A stretch of 64,000 nt of DNA from an uncultured Alphaproteobacteria bacterium (GCA_963795255.1 CAWCHC010000022.1:20845-84844), one strand, 5' to 3'; counted from the stretch's first letter, positions 1 through 11,553 are shown. The notes: generated from the letters alone by a model not told the origin. Numbers and translations are program-made.

Positions 1-610
1 AGCCCTCGACGGCGCTTTTCCGGGAGTAGCCTTCCCAATAAGGAATGATATGGGCGAAGACCTGGTCTACAGCGTCGACGAGCTCGGGACTGTCAAGAAA
101 TGTCTTCCAGTGGTCAGCGGTTGCCACCGGTACCGGACTGTCTCGTTTTACGCGGCGGACGATTTCGGCAATTTCGGCAGCGGTGCGTTCGTGCCGGAAG
201 ACCGTCTCGTTGCCCACGACCAGCCGGGTGACATTGGGATAGCGCCGCGCCAGGTCGAGGGCGGTCTCGATCTCGCGCTCGTTTCGGGCTTCGTCCTTGT
301 CGATCCAGATGCCGAGCGTGACCGTCAACCCGAGTTCGGCCGCGACCTTTGGAACGCGTTCGAGACCTCGCGTCGAAGCATAAGTGCGTACCGCGTTTGC
401 CAGCTTGGCAATCGCAGTCAGGTCAACGCGGATCTGCGCCTCGGACACTGTCAAATTCCCGGAAGATGGTCTGGCAAACCGGTTGTACGAGACGCTTGGC
501 AGCTTGCGTTCAACCGGTGCCGCAGCCGTGCGCGGCTCTGCCAAACCCCATAACGCCAAATGCATGCCCGCGACTAAGCAAAGGATGAGGGCGACAGTGA
601 CAATCCGCAT
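1..610 (-). CDS. GH17-domain glucosyltransferase (NdvB-like, cyclic beta-glucan synthesis); 3' part runs off the window
   Basis: Not in the ORF track. Manual translation from ATG at 610 gives MRIVTVALILCLVAGMHLALWG...SVSYNRF...VRTY...LGIWI...LVVGNET...HIIPYWEG: N-terminal hydrophobic segment plus GH17 motifs including the catalytic GNE. The frame is open to the window edge. Confidence 0.85.
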   Translation of the reverse strand, partial: MRIVTVALILCLVAGMHLALWGLAEPRTAAAPVERKLPSVSYNRFARPSSGNLTVSEAQIRVDLTAIAKLANAVRTYASTRGLERVPKVAAELGLTVTLGIWIDKDEARNEREIETALDLARRYPNVTRLVVGNETVFRHERTAAEIAEIVRRVKRDSPVPVATADHWKTFLDSPELVDAVDQVFAHIIPYWEGYSRKSAVEG

Positions 611-1090
611 GTTCTGACGGCGGCCACTCGCCGCGCCGAACCGTCCTCCGTGATTTGCATCCTCGTCCGGCGTCGTCATTTACTTGCGCTCCGCCACGAC
701 TCGCACTCGCGTTCGCTTGCGCACAAGGTGCACTATAGCAGTGCGTGAGCGTCCCCGAACCCTGGCCATGAGCCATTTTTAAACTCAGCGCCCTACGGGG
801 TTGCCAGCGCGCTCGACCTCATTTTGAGGTGAAGGCGTCATAAACCAGCTTACGGAACGCGACCCTTATCTGGACCGGCTGCTCGCGAGGAGGCCGGAGG
901 GCCTATTCGTGAAACCGTTCCAGCGCGGCGAGATCGGTCCTGATCTATTTCCGAGCGGCCTGCCGGATGGGATTGGAAGGGCGGGTGTCCTAGCGGCGAG
1001 ATCGCCCGTATCACCCGCTTTGGTTGAGTAACCTCTGCGGGCTGAAGAAAAGGAAATGACGATGGGGTTTTTATTCATTCTCGCCGCCGA

Positions 1091-1221
1091 TTGAATAAGT
1101 TATTCGGCATAATATAACCGAAGTCGCAAGCGCGGAAGTTCGCTCGGCGGGCGGTAGCGTTCAAAAGCGTGCCTATTCGTACAAAATCGCAGAGTGGCGT
1201 ACAAAATCGGAGCGGGTGAAG
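1091..1221 (+). repeat. Copy 1 of ~130-bp imperfect direct repeat (att-like, ends in tRNA-Gly 3'-end sequence)
   Basis: 1191-1221 (agagtggcgtacaaaatcggagcgggtgaag) is identical to 15668-15698. The upstream aagtcgcaagcgcgg.agttcgctcg.cgggcgg and agcgttcaaaag.gtgcc blocks are also shared. Confidence 0.9.
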
Positions 1222-1292
1222 CGCTCCGACTCAAATTCTTCTTTCGATTTCTGTCAACGACACCAATTACTTACGCCTTCGACCTACTTTCG

Positions 1293-1314
1293 TGTTGGAC
1301 GTATTGTTGGACGT
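1293..1314. repeat. Tandem 10-bp direct repeat TGTTGGACGT, candidate integrase arm-type site
   Basis: tgttggacgt at 1293-1302 and 1305-1314, about 70 bp from the att-like core. The function is inferred. Confidence 0.45.
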
Positions 1315-2062
1315 TTCGTTCGACGCTCGACTTGGCTCGCCTGCCACCCAAAACTCGTTCTGACTATGGAAATCCGTGAAGGACCGGTGGTAACGCCATT
1401 ATAAGCAACACGGCGCTTCCCCCAACACGCTGGCACCCACGACGAGCAGGGACAGGACGCGCTCCTAAAGCATCGGTCCAATCACTCGATTGCCGCCCAC
1501 CGAGATCGGCTCGAGGGCGCTAGGCGGTCGCAGTTTGGTCGGTCTTCACCCATCTTGCCGCAGCGTCGGACGTCGATTTCAGAAGTCTTGCACCAGCGGC
1601 AAAATAACTCAAAGCGATCGCGCTTGCGGTGCAGACTATTAGAAACCCTGCCCATTCTTCGTCTGTCCGGTCGGCTCATAGGCGGAGATTGAACGATGCT
1701 TGTGACATGTGCGGTGCTTATTCGCAACATGGCGTCGCTTCCAATCTGCCGTGTGAGGCTCACGGCTCGCTCAAAGCGAAGGTCGCAGATGTGGCCGTCA
1801 CCCAACGGGCTAGCGCCGACCTCAATCTGACGCGAAATGTTGTCCGCGCGCTTGGTGGATTTGGCGTTGTGCCGGCCCTTATGGAGATTGCAGCCAAGCC
1901 GACCCATCGCATTAGCGGGATGTCTGCTCGAGCGCAGCCAAGCCAACTCGCCGCCAGGTTGCCAACGATATTGACGACGGACATAGAGTGCGCAAATCGA
2001 TGGAACAATTCGCTCGGTCGGCTGCGCGACGAAAGAAGCGATACAGCCCCTTCAGGATCACT

Positions 2063-3104
2063 TCAGAATGTGACGGGCCCCTGATCGCGAATTAACTGCA
2101 TGGTGTTGCAGCGAATACCACCTCCATATTTGTGCACTTCGCTGTAATCTACCGCAATCACCTCGACACCATGCTTTTCTAGCAGCGCCGTGGTCTTCGT
2201 TGCGGCGGCGTTCATAATGATGCGGCGCGGCTCAATCGTAAGACCATTGGTTGGAAAAAGATCGATCTCTTCACGCGGGCATTCAATCAGCTCATAGCCG
2301 ATCTGATCCAGCCTACGAATAGTCTCGTAATCGCACCACGGCGGGTAAATCATAGCCAGCTTCGCGTCGAGCGGAACAACCCACATGTCAGAATGCATCC
2401 AACCCGGCACTTCTTCATGATACGCATAGAGGGGACCTGGACTGTATGCCAAATGAACCCTCTTTATAGCCGGCCCGCTTGAGTATCGGGATGACTTGCT
2501 CCGCGCCATCGCGATTACAGTCCGTCGACAGCATCAGAATGATGAAATCGTCGCTCATTCGCGTCGAAGCTCCGATTTCGCAAACGCCGTGCCCATGCAC
2601 CGTGTAGAGGATAGGGCAACCGAGATTCATCAAAAACTGCGAGACATATCGTGAGCGACCTCGCCAGTAGGGCGTTGCTTCTCGTGGAATGATTGCGCCA
2701 CCGTTGATGACAAAGCCCGCAGCTGCCGAAATGCTCCGCTTCATCGGTCCGTACGCCGACCGAGGCGCTTCGTCGGACCAAGATGAATAATGCACTTTAA
2801 TATCGAGCTTCTCGTAAACCTTGGCCAGATTGACATGTTGCTCTTGCATCAACGTCAGATCTGGCGTCGTTCCATTGAATACGAAAAATGCTGAGTCTTT
2901 CTCGTACAATTTTCGGACCTCGGTTTCCGTGGGCCGCACCATCGCGACCTCTCGCAATCGGCCGATGCCCTGATCTCCCAACCGCTTTCCCCAGATGAGC
3001 TCGATCTCGTCGAGAAAGGAAACGCCGGCATGGTACTTGTGATATTGCGGTACTCTGCCCTCCTCATAGAAGGGGAAACGCTCTAAATCGTCCGCTTTTG
3101 CCAT
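2063..3104 (-). pseudogene. Amidinotransferase/dimethylargininase (pentein) family hydrolase, split by a +1 frameshift near 2458 (possibly an assembly error)
   Basis: ORFs 2415..3215 and 2063..2509 join if one G of GAGGGTT is removed (..GYKEVHLAY..). Pentein motifs: GRLREVAMVRP, MHSD, TNGLTIEP, C-terminal GGGIRCNT with the catalytic Cys. ATG at 3104. Confidence 0.8.
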
Positions 3105-3874
3105 GGGAAGCTCCTGATTGGCGCGATACTCACCTTCGGAGGCGCGAACATTCGATGGGTTGAGAGCGGGATCGCTTTGGAATACGACGCTCGAGCGCGC
3201 AACCGAGAACGCCATTCCTTCAGAGCGGGAAATTCATCGAACAGATCGCCGCGTCCGAGATACTCCGTTCGATCGACCAGCGAAACAAATGAACACTCCG
3301 CCAACGACACATCCGATCCGCCGAGCCAAGGACGGCCATCCTCGAGTACCATGTCCAGCTTCTTCATCACCACTTGTAAATCATTGAAGGAGGAGTTGAC
3401 CAACGCCGTATCGACCGGAGACCTGATTGTTTTCCGCCAATACTCGCCGATCCATTTCTGCGGATGCGTCGCGGCAACCCGGTCTATTTCCTCGTCGCTG
3501 GCGTTCTCAAACATGGGCTTGATCATCAAGTTGAATGTCGGCGCTCGAAATGCGTCGTGCATCTTACCGTCTTCGATACGAACAAGAGCACGAATTGCGG
3601 CTCGCCTCACGGGGTCATCAGGCAGCAGGGGAATTTCCGAAAATACTTCCTCGATATATTCGTTGATCACCGTGGATTCGATGATCGGTTTTCCATCGTG
3701 AACGATGGCAGGGACAACGGCGTTGGGATTGACGCTCAGGTATTCCGGCTTCAACTGATCGAATGCAAGCAGATCGACAAATTTCTTTTCGTGAACGATT
3801 CCCTTTTCTTCAAGGCAGAACCTGACCTTCATGCTGCAGGTCGAATCCCAATAGTGGTAAAGCGTCAGGGTCAC
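3083..3874 (-). CDS. Glutathione S-transferase family protein
   Basis: TLYHYWDSTCSMKVRFCLEEKG, YLSVNPNAVVP, IIESTVINEYI, WLGGSDVSLAEC. GTG start at 3874 preceded by GGAG. Confidence 0.9.
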   Translation of the reverse strand: MTLTLYHYWDSTCSMKVRFCLEEKGIVHEKKFVDLLAFDQLKPEYLSVNPNAVVPAIVHDGKPIIESTVINEYIEEVFSEIPLLPDDPVRRAAIRALVRIEDGKMHDAFRAPTFNLMIKPMFENASDEEIDRVAATHPQKWIGEYWRKTIRSPVDTALVNSSFNDLQVVMKKLDMVLEDGRPWLGGSDVSLAECSFVSLVDRTEYLGRGDLFDEFPALKEWRSRLRARASYSKAIPLSTHRMFAPPKVSIAPIRSFPWQKRTI

Positions 3875-3965
3875 GGCGTACACTCCATCAATCGCTTGCG
3901 TTAAAATCACAACAACGTAGGCCCTTATCTTGGCGCATAAGAGCAAGGTGAGCCGCCTTCTTGAG

Positions 3966-4679
3966 CTACAATCCCAGATAACTTTCTCTTACGCGCGGCG
4001 AACTCAATAACTCGGGCGTCGGACCCTCTGCTACGATTTGTCCATCTTCGAGAACATACGCATAGTCTGATATTTCCAATGTGGAATGCACATCCTGCTC
4101 CACCAGACAGACAGTGATACCGCGTCGACGAACTTCAACAATAATTTCGAACAGCATCTCCGCTATGGATGGAGCTAGTCCGAGGCTGGGTTCGTCCAGC
4201 AATAGCAATCGGGGCGCGGACATGAGTCCGCGTGCGATTGCAAGCATCTGCTGCTCGCCACCGGACAAGGAGCCCGCGCGGACACTCCGGCGCTCGCGCA
4301 ATCGCGGAAAGAGTTCATACATTTCCGCAGAACGCGCATCGGCGTCGACATGGGCACGTGGAGAGTAAGCCCCGATCCGCAATGTTTCTTCGACTGTAAA
4401 ATCGGGGAACACCAGGCGCCCCTCCGGCACGAGGGTGAGTCCACTTGCGACGCGCACATTCGTAGGTGTAAATGTAATATCTTCGCCCGCGAAAGTAATT
4501 CGCCCGTTGCTGGGCGTCAAAAGGCCGGCGAGGGTCCGCATCGTCGTTGTCTTGCCTGCGCCGTTGCTTCCTATCATAGCTGTGATCGAGTCTTCGCGGA
4601 CTGACAGCTGCACTCGCTTGAGCACCTGAACCGGCCCATAGCCTGCGTCGAGATCGCTGACGTCAAGTAGAGTTGTCAC
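3966..4679 (-). CDS. livF: Branched-chain amino acid-type ABC transporter ATP-binding protein (LivF-like)
   Basis: GSNGAGKTT, VPEGR, LSGGEQQMLA, LLLDEPSLGLAP. GTGA overlap with the upstream stop. Confidence 0.93.
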   Translation of the reverse strand: MTTLLDVSDLDAGYGPVQVLKRVQLSVREDSITAMIGSNGAGKTTTMRTLAGLLTPSNGRITFAGEDITFTPTNVRVASGLTLVPEGRLVFPDFTVEETLRIGAYSPRAHVDADARSAEMYELFPRLRERRSVRAGSLSGGEQQMLAIARGLMSAPRLLLLDEPSLGLAPSIAEMLFEIIVEVRRRGITVCLVEQDVHSTLEISDYAYVLEDGQIVAEGPTPELLSSPRVRESYLGL

Positions 4680-5407
4680 GATGCGCGCTTTCCGAAGTAG
4701 GCGGATATCACGCGCTGGTCGACAACGATTTCGTTCGGCGTTCCCTCGGCAAGTTTCTCGCCGTGGTGCAGCACGACAATTCGGCTGCATAATTTCATCA
4801 GCGCGCGCATCACGTGTTCTATGACCACCAGCGTGAGATGATAGCGCTGATGGAGATGCCGTATCATATCGAGCGCGGCAGCGACCTCGGTTGCGGTAAG
4901 GCCGGCCAGCACCTCATCCAGCAGCAACAACCGCGGCGCGGTTGCGATCGCGCGGGCGATCTCAAGGCGCTTGCGGCCTGCGAGCGTCAGCGTTCCAGCC
5001 AGATGATCCGCCTGATCGACGAGATCCACTTCCTGCAAAATTGCCTGGGACCTCGCCTCCGCAGCCGCGCGAGCGGTCTCGGATCGATGGCCATGCATCG
5101 CGGCGACCACGAGGTTTTCGAGCACGGTCAAGCCTGCAAAAGGTCTTACGATTTGAAACGTCCGCGCGATCCCGAGGCGGTTGATCTGGTAAGCGGGCCT
5201 CTGATCGATCCGCTCGCCGGCAAACCAGATCTGACCGGCGGTCACGGGCTGCGTGCCGGCGATGAGGCTGAACGCAGTGGTCTTTCCCGCACCATTGGCG
5301 CCCATCAAGCCGACGATCTCGCCTTCGGCGACCTCCAGACTGAAATTGCGGACCGCGGAAACGCCCCCGTAGGATTTGCTGACGTCATCAAGGCGCAAAA
5401 GGATCAC
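4676..5407 (-). CDS. livG: Branched-chain amino acid-type ABC transporter ATP-binding protein (LivG-like)
   Basis: GANGAGKTT, IARTFQ, LLLLDE, VIEH. Confidence 0.93.
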   Translation of the reverse strand: MILLRLDDVSKSYGGVSAVRNFSLEVAEGEIVGLMGANGAGKTTAFSLIAGTQPVTAGQIWFAGERIDQRPAYQINRLGIARTFQIVRPFAGLTVLENLVVAAMHGHRSETARAAAEARSQAILQEVDLVDQADHLAGTLTLAGRKRLEIARAIATAPRLLLLDEVLAGLTATEVAAALDMIRHLHQRYHLTLVVIEHVMRALMKLCSRIVVLHHGEKLAEGTPNEIVVDQRVISAYFGKRAS

Positions 5408-6333
5408 CGTGCGCCTCCCCTGCCCCAGGACCGAAACTTTCCGTAGATGCCTTCCGGCGCAAACAGCACAAAGCCGACCAGAAGCACTCCCAGAATGATC
5501 ATGTAAAGTTCGGGTGCTCTCGCCCAGAGCAATTCCGATAATGCCACCAGAAACGCCGCTCCTAAAAGCGGTCCGGGAACATCATCACTGCCACCGAGAA
5601 CCGCAATCGTCACAATTGTAAACGACGTGACCGGACTGAAGGATTGCATCGGCTCGAAATAGGTGAAGCGAAGGCTCATCAACGCGCCAACCATCCCTGG
5701 AATGATGGCCGACAGACCGAAGATAACCAGCTTGGTCCTGGCTGTATTGACGCCGACAGCTTCAGCCGCGATTTCATCTTCGCGAATGGCGATGAGTTCG
5801 GTTCCGAGCCTAGACCGGCGCAACGCATATAGAATTGTCGTGCTGAGCACAGCCAGGACAAGCATGGCAACAAACAGCTCGCGCAGGCTTGGCGTGCCGA
5901 TCAACAGCCGCCCGCTCCGCCCAAGCGCGGCCTCGATACTGACGACGATATATTTGACGAACTCGGCGAGGCCGAACGTCAAAATCACAAAGTAAGGCCC
6001 ACGCACACGCAATGAAGGCCAGCCAAGCAGCAAGGCGATTGCGCCGGCTGCAAGACCGGCAGCAATAACAGCGAGCCAAATTGGAAGTATTTGCCAGCCG
6101 GCAACCATGACATAGGCGCCGACGCCATAAAATACAGCGTGCCCCAGCGAGATATAGCCGGACAGGCCGGAAAAGGCGGCCCAGCTTTGCACGAGCGCAA
6201 TCCACATCACCAGCGTCAATCCGACGCCGACGGCGTATTCGTCGCCCCAGATCATGAGCATCGCGCCGGAGGCGATGGCCACAACCAACGCGCCGATGAA
6301 CGGCCGATGCCGACGTGTTTCCCCTCGCATCAT
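5404..6333 (-). CDS. livM: Branched-chain amino acid-type ABC permease (LivM-like)
   Basis: SGYISLGHAVFYGVGAY, LRVRGPYF, AIREDEIAAEAVG. Start placed at the ATGA overlap at 6333. Confidence 0.9.
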   Translation of the reverse strand: MMRGETRRHRPFIGALVVAIASGAMLMIWGDEYAVGVGLTLVMWIALVQSWAAFSGLSGYISLGHAVFYGVGAYVMVAGWQILPIWLAVIAAGLAAGAIALLLGWPSLRVRGPYFVILTFGLAEFVKYIVVSIEAALGRSGRLLIGTPSLRELFVAMLVLAVLSTTILYALRRSRLGTELIAIREDEIAAEAVGVNTARTKLVIFGLSAIIPGMVGALMSLRFTYFEPMQSFSPVTSFTIVTIAVLGGSDDVPGPLLGAAFLVALSELLWARAPELYMIILGVLLVGFVLFAPEGIYGKFRSWGRGGAR

Positions 6334-7229
6334 CTGGCTACAACCGCGCGGCCAAGCAGCCCCTCCGGCTTGACGAGAAGGACCGCGATAAACACCCCGT
6401 AGACAAGGATCGATCGAAAGCTCGATGAGATGATCGCCGTGCCATAGACTTCCACCGCAGCGAGCAGCAGCGCGCCCAGCAGCGAGCCGAACAGATTGCC
6501 CAGACCACCGAGGGTAATGATGACAAACGCGGAAATCGTGAACGGAAAGCCGATAAATGGAGTGATCTCCTGCACCATGCTCACCAAGACGCCGGCGAGC
6601 GCGGCCAACGCAAAGCCAAGGGCGAACACCATGATGTTCAATCGATCGATGTCGATTCCCACCAGAGCGGCGGCGTCGCGCTGCTGGATCACGGCCCGCA
6701 CCGCGCTTCCCGCGCGGGTGTACCGGAAAAAGGCCAGACACAGAAGGCAGGCTGACGAGGACACACCAAACAGGATCAGACGGTTGGCCGTCATCGCCAC
6801 GTTACCGATATTGATCACCTGATCCATGTATACGTAACCTCGCTGGGTCGACGTAAACAACAGCGCCATCACGTTCTGAAAAATAACCGAGACGCCAAAG
6901 AAGATCAGAAGCGAATTTGCCTCGACACGCGCTGCGAGCTTCGGCGACCGCAGCAGGCGCCGAAACAGGACCACGTAAATGAGGATCCCCAGACACGCCC
7001 CAAGGGCGGGCGCGATCACCATTGACAGCAGCGGGCTGATTCCGAGACGCGTGAAGCACCAATAGGTGACATAGCCGCCCAGCATCACGAATTCGCCATG
7101 AGCGATATTGAGCAACCGCATCGTGCCATAGACGAGATTGAGGCCCATCGCGACGAGCGCATAGAGAGAGGCGAGTGCCAAGGCGGCCGCGAGCAGCTGG
7201 CCAGACAGCAGCACGCTCATGCTTGGCAC
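6330..7229 (-). CDS. livH: Branched-chain amino acid-type ABC permease (LivH-like)
   Basis: YALVAMGLNLVYG, NIAHGE, TLGGLGN; hydrophobic throughout. Confidence 0.92.
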   Translation of the reverse strand: MPSMSVLLSGQLLAAALALASLYALVAMGLNLVYGTMRLLNIAHGEFVMLGGYVTYWCFTRLGISPLLSMVIAPALGACLGILIYVVLFRRLLRSPKLAARVEANSLLIFFGVSVIFQNVMALLFTSTQRGYVYMDQVINIGNVAMTANRLILFGVSSSACLLCLAFFRYTRAGSAVRAVIQQRDAAALVGIDIDRLNIMVFALGFALAALAGVLVSMVQEITPFIGFPFTISAFVIITLGGLGNLFGSLLGALLLAAVEVYGTAIISSSFRSILVYGVFIAVLLVKPEGLLGRAVVAR

Positions 7230-7240
7230 TCGCTACGCAT

Positions 7241-8419
7241 TCAGTTCTGCGACCACGCGGGTTTCTTGATCATCTTTGCGGTCTCCTCGGATGCCGGCCA
7301 GATGATCTGCGCCTCGCCTTTCTGGAACTGCAGATACATCGTGGGCGTGGTGACATTTTCGACGCCATTGAACTTCACAGGACCGTTGATGGTGTCGAAG
7401 GTATCCGAAGCGATTTCCTGTCTCAACTTGTCCTTGTCGAGACCGACCTTCTTGACGGCCTGTTCGAGGACCTCGATCGACATCCATGCCAGAGCCGAAT
7501 CCAGATAATCCGGCGGCTCGTTGAATTTTTTGAAGTAAGCATCATAAAACGGCTTTGCTTTCGGCCACTTTGCCTGCGCCGGCGACCAGTGGCCCATGGT
7601 GATGATGCCGTCGAGATTGGAGCCGAAGATCTTCGAAAAGAAGTTGTCGGTTGGCCCGATCAAGACCAGCTGAAATGGCGAATTCACGCCGAGCTCGCGT
7701 TCCTGCTTCATGAACAGAACCGAATCGGGCGGATAAGAAAGCGACAGAATTGCGTCCGGAGCCGCCTGTTTGATCTTGGTAATGGTCGCCGTCATATCCT
7801 TCGTGTCCGGCGCATATTCCTCGTTGACGACGACCTTGAAGCCACCGTCCTTCTCGATCGCGGGCATCAGGAATTTCTTGAATTCCTGCGAAAACGGCAG
7901 TTGCAGGGTGTTGATCGCAACCGTCTTGACGCCTGCGGACTTCATCATCTTGACGAGTTCACTCGCAAGATGATCCGGAATGGCCGAAGTCGTAAACCAG
8001 ATATTGCCCGGCTTGACGTCACGGATCGTGGTGGATGCAGCGGAATTGCCCACGACCGGAAAATGGTACTTCTCCAGAATGCCGACGATCGAAAAATGAA
8101 ACGGCGTGCCCCACGGCGCGAGCAGCAGATCGACCTTGTCGCTGGTGATCAGCTTCTCATATATCGCAGGCTCTTTGCCAAAATCCGATTGATCGTCGTA
8201 GACGACAAATTGAACCGGCCGCTTCACGCCGCCGACATCGATGCCGCCCTCGGCTGCGACCTTGTCCGCCCAGAGCTGATAAGCGTTGAGCTGGGTTTGC
8301 GCGGCGGGCGCAAAGGGCCCGGTTTTTGAGATCGCATAGCCGATCTTGATAGGATCCTCGGCCCAGGCCAAGTGGGGTAGTGCTGCCGCAAGTATAGCGG
8401 CGAGGAGAAGTCTTTTCAT
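7241..8419 (-). CDS. ABC transporter substrate-binding protein (LivJ/type 1 periplasmic fold)
   Basis: Signal peptide MKRLLLAAILAAALPHLAWA, then IKIG..SKTGPFA, YDDQS, DKVDLLLAPWG; located in the Liv operon. Confidence 0.92.
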   Translation of the reverse strand: MKRLLLAAILAAALPHLAWAEDPIKIGYAISKTGPFAPAAQTQLNAYQLWADKVAAEGGIDVGGVKRPVQFVVYDDQSDFGKEPAIYEKLITSDKVDLLLAPWGTPFHFSIVGILEKYHFPVVGNSAASTTIRDVKPGNIWFTTSAIPDHLASELVKMMKSAGVKTVAINTLQLPFSQEFKKFLMPAIEKDGGFKVVVNEEYAPDTKDMTATITKIKQAAPDAILSLSYPPDSVLFMKQERELGVNSPFQLVLIGPTDNFFSKIFGSNLDGIITMGHWSPAQAKWPKAKPFYDAYFKKFNEPPDYLDSALAWMSIEVLEQAVKKVGLDKDKLRQEIASDTFDTINGPVKFNGVENVTTPTMYLQFQKGEAQIIWPASEETAKMIKKPAWSQN

Positions 8420-8443
8420 CCGGATACCCTCTCGCTTTGGTCG

Positions 8444-9250
8444 TTAGTGCCGCAAAATCCACTCGACAGCCCGCGGCACCCAAGGCCCCTTCGATTCGCC
8501 ACCGGCATAGCTTGCCGTAAAATGATCCCGCCCCTGGAGTACGAGACGCTCGACTTCGCCGCCTGCGGCGCGCAGCGCGTCCTCCATACGGACCGACTGG
8601 CTCATGAGATGAGGAAAATCTTCACTACCATGGGCGATGAAGAAGGAACCGGGTTTGCCCCTGATATTCGTGATTGGACTGGCTGGCCCTTCGTTGCCGG
8701 ACTCAAGGGGTCCGAGGAAGCGTGGCCGCATCTTCAGCTCGGACTGCGAACCGAAGTCGAACACACCCGAGATCGGCAGACAGCCGCGCAGAGTAAGGTC
8801 GGAGCGCGTCAGCGCCATCAGCGCTGCATAGTGTCCACCGGCCGAATGGCCGCCGACAAAAACCCGCGACGGGTCGCCGCCAAACGAAAGCGCGTGCTTG
8901 ATCACCAAAGCGACACCCGCGCAGGCGTCGTCAAAGCCGGCTGGAAACACGTGCTGCGGAGCCAGCCTGTAGCCAATGCTGGCAAATGTGATCCCGGCGT
9001 CCAGGAAGGCCGGCGCCATGAAAGCCATCCATTCCTTGTAACCGTTGGTCCATCCGCCTCCGTGAATGAACGCAAGCACCGCACCATTTGGCTTTTGCGC
9101 GTTCCAGATCGTCACGCTCTGGTAGGGATCGGGTCCATACGAAAATTCTTTGCCCTCGACGACTGAGGCACCGCGCTTCATCGCCTCGTCATGATAGAGA
9201 CGTGCGGGCGGCGAAAACGGCTCTTGCGCGGGATAATCTTCAGGACGCAT
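8444..9250 (-). CDS. Alpha/beta hydrolase (HSL/arylformamidase-like)
   Basis: HGGGW oxyanion motif, YRLAP, GHSAGG nucleophile elbow, distal Asp and His (GSED, RDHF). Confidence 0.88.
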   Translation of the reverse strand: MRPEDYPAQEPFSPPARLYHDEAMKRGASVVEGKEFSYGPDPYQSVTIWNAQKPNGAVLAFIHGGGWTNGYKEWMAFMAPAFLDAGITFASIGYRLAPQHVFPAGFDDACAGVALVIKHALSFGGDPSRVFVGGHSAGGHYAALMALTRSDLTLRGCLPISGVFDFGSQSELKMRPRFLGPLESGNEGPASPITNIRGKPGSFFIAHGSEDFPHLMSQSVRMEDALRAAGGEVERLVLQGRDHFTASYAGGESKGPWVPRAVEWILRH

Positions 9251-11553
9251 GCGGTTCTCCTGCGTCGAGCATCGCAAAAAGCACTCGTTCGGGAGTGGCC
9301 GGGAGCCGGCGCAGACGACGGCCACATGCGCCGGCTATGCCGTTCAAGACGGCCGGCGCGACGGCGCAGATCGGAATCTCTCCAATGCCTTTGGCGCCAA
9401 ACGGGCCGTCCGGTTCCGGATCTTCAATGAGAAGCGCATGTACCTTGGGCGGTACATCGAGTGTCGTTGGCACCTTATAGTCCATCAGGCTGGGGTTGGC
9501 GATTTTGGCTCCATCCCACACGACCTCCTCGCAGAGCGCGAAGCCTAAGCCCTGGACAAAACCGCCCTGTATCTGTCCCTCGACAGACCCCGGATTGATG
9601 GCCTTTCCGACGTCGCAAGCCGACCACGCTTCGTTGACGGTGACCTTGCCCGTCGCTTCATCAATCTCGACGTCACAAACGATTGCCGAAAATGAGAACA
9701 CACCGATCTGGGGGAATGGCAATCCGGTTGCAACGGTACGCTTGGGATCGACCGTCTGCAGGTCGTACATCACGCTGGCCGATCCCATGATGGGACCGCC
9801 AACCGCCCAGTGCGCCCGCAATGACAGATCTTGGAAGCTCAATTCACGTTCCGGAATGCCGACGATGCCGATTTTTCCGCCTGGACGCAGCGCGAGGTCC
9901 GCCGTCGAGCACTCGAAGATATCGGCGGCGTGCGCTTTGAGTTTTTCTTCCACTTCGGCCGCAGCCGCAACGATGGCGCGGCCGACCATGTAGGTCACCC
10001 GGCTCGCGGTGGTTCCCCAATTGTAAGGCGAACTGTCGGTGTCGGGACTGCCAATGACAACGCGATCGACTGGAATTTCCAGCGAGTCCGCGCAAATCTG
10101 GGTCAGGACGGTGTCAGAACCCTGCCCGATATCGACCGCACCGGTATTCAGTACAATCGTGCCGTCTTCTAGGACGCGGATGATCGCCGCTGTCGCCAGC
10201 AAGCCGCTGATATGAGAGGAACAGGCCAAACCGAGACTGCGACGTTTGCCGGGCGCCGCCCGCAACTTGTCACGACGATCCCATCCGGAGGATTCCCGAA
10301 CGGCTTCCAGGCAACCGACAAAGCCGTCGGAGTGGACAGGCCCGCCGCCGACCCAGCTGTCGCCTTTGCGCGTGGCGTTCTTCAACCGAAGCTCGAGGGG
10401 GTCCATGCCGATTTTTTCGGCGATCTCGTCGATCTGGATTTCTGTCGCGAACGACACCTGCGGATTGCCGAAACCCCTGAAGGCTCCAAAACGGATTTTG
10501 TTGGTGTAATACAGCCGCCCTGCTGCACGCACGTTGGGAATCCGGTATGGGCCCCGCGCCATCAGCAACGAAAAGCCCATCACGCCTGGGCTGTCGTCGC
10601 CATAGGCTCCGCAATCGACGACAATGTCCACTTCCCTCGCCACCAGCGTGCCGTCGCGCTTTGCGCCGGTTTTTGCCCGGATCCGATAGGGATGCCGGTG
10701 GCGAACGATTTCGAAATCCTCTTCCCTGCTGAGGATGAGCTTGACCGGCCGCCCGCTGTCGATTGCCAGCGCCGCCGTCATCGCCTGAACATGCATCTCC
10801 ATCTTGTTGCCGAAGCCGCCCCCCACCCGAGGCGTCACGCATCGCACCTTTGCCATCGAAAGGCTGAGCGCCTCGCAGACGTTGGCCTGCACTCGAAACA
10901 CCGACTGGTTGGCCGACCACAGCGTCACCCTTCCGGTCGAAATCGATTTCCGCAAGCGCCCCGCACGGTTCGATAGCCACGTGTGCTTGCGCTTGGGTGT
11001 CGAACTCGCCCTCGACAATGACGTCGCACTGCGACCAGGCTCGCTCAATATCGCCTTCCACGAAAGAGGTCGACCAAGCGAGATTTGCGCCGCAGTCGGT
11101 GTGGTGCACCCGAAAATAAAATTCGTTATCTTCATGAATGATGGGCGCGGACGGCGCCATCGCTTCATCCGGCGTCAGGACCGCAGGCAGTTCCTCGTAT
11201 TCCACCTCGATCATGCGGGCGGCGCGACGGGCCGTCTTTTCATCTTCAGCCGCAACAATGCAAACGGGCTCGCCGACGTAGCGAACTTTTCCGCCCGCCA
11301 CGACAGTTTCATCCTTGATAAAGGGACCGAACTTCCCGCCCTTGAAATCCGAACCGGTCAGGACACTGACCACGCCGGGGAGTTTCTTGGCGGCGCGCAC
11401 GTCGTAGGACTTAATTCGCGCGTGAGCGTAGGGACTCCCGAGGATGGCGCCATAAAGCATGCCGGGACGATAGAGGTCGGCGATGTAATGCGCCCTGCCC
11501 GACACCTTCTCGCGGCTATCCAGCCGGGGAATGCTCTGTCCGACCACGCTCAA
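9240..11553 (-). pseudogene. Xanthine dehydrogenase family molybdopterin-binding subunit, split by a +1 frameshift near 10942 (possibly an assembly error)
   Basis: N-part in ORF 10270..11619 (VVGQSIPRLD, ILGSPYAHA, VRYVGEP, HVAIEP). C-part in ORF 9240..11168 (GGGFGNK, AFRGFG, DIGQG, TTASR, AKGIGE). They join by removing one T of GATTTCG. Confidence 0.88.

Noticed and set aside
50-553. 167-aa plus-strand ORF
   Set aside because: Antisense shadow of the GH17/NdvB-like gene on the minus strand.
866-2084. Short ORFs between the ndvB-like gene and the pentein gene (866..1078, 1482..1946, 1629..2084, 1760..2008)
   Set aside because: No recognisable motifs or clear RBS and mutually overlapping; cannot be supported as genes, although decayed remnants are possible.
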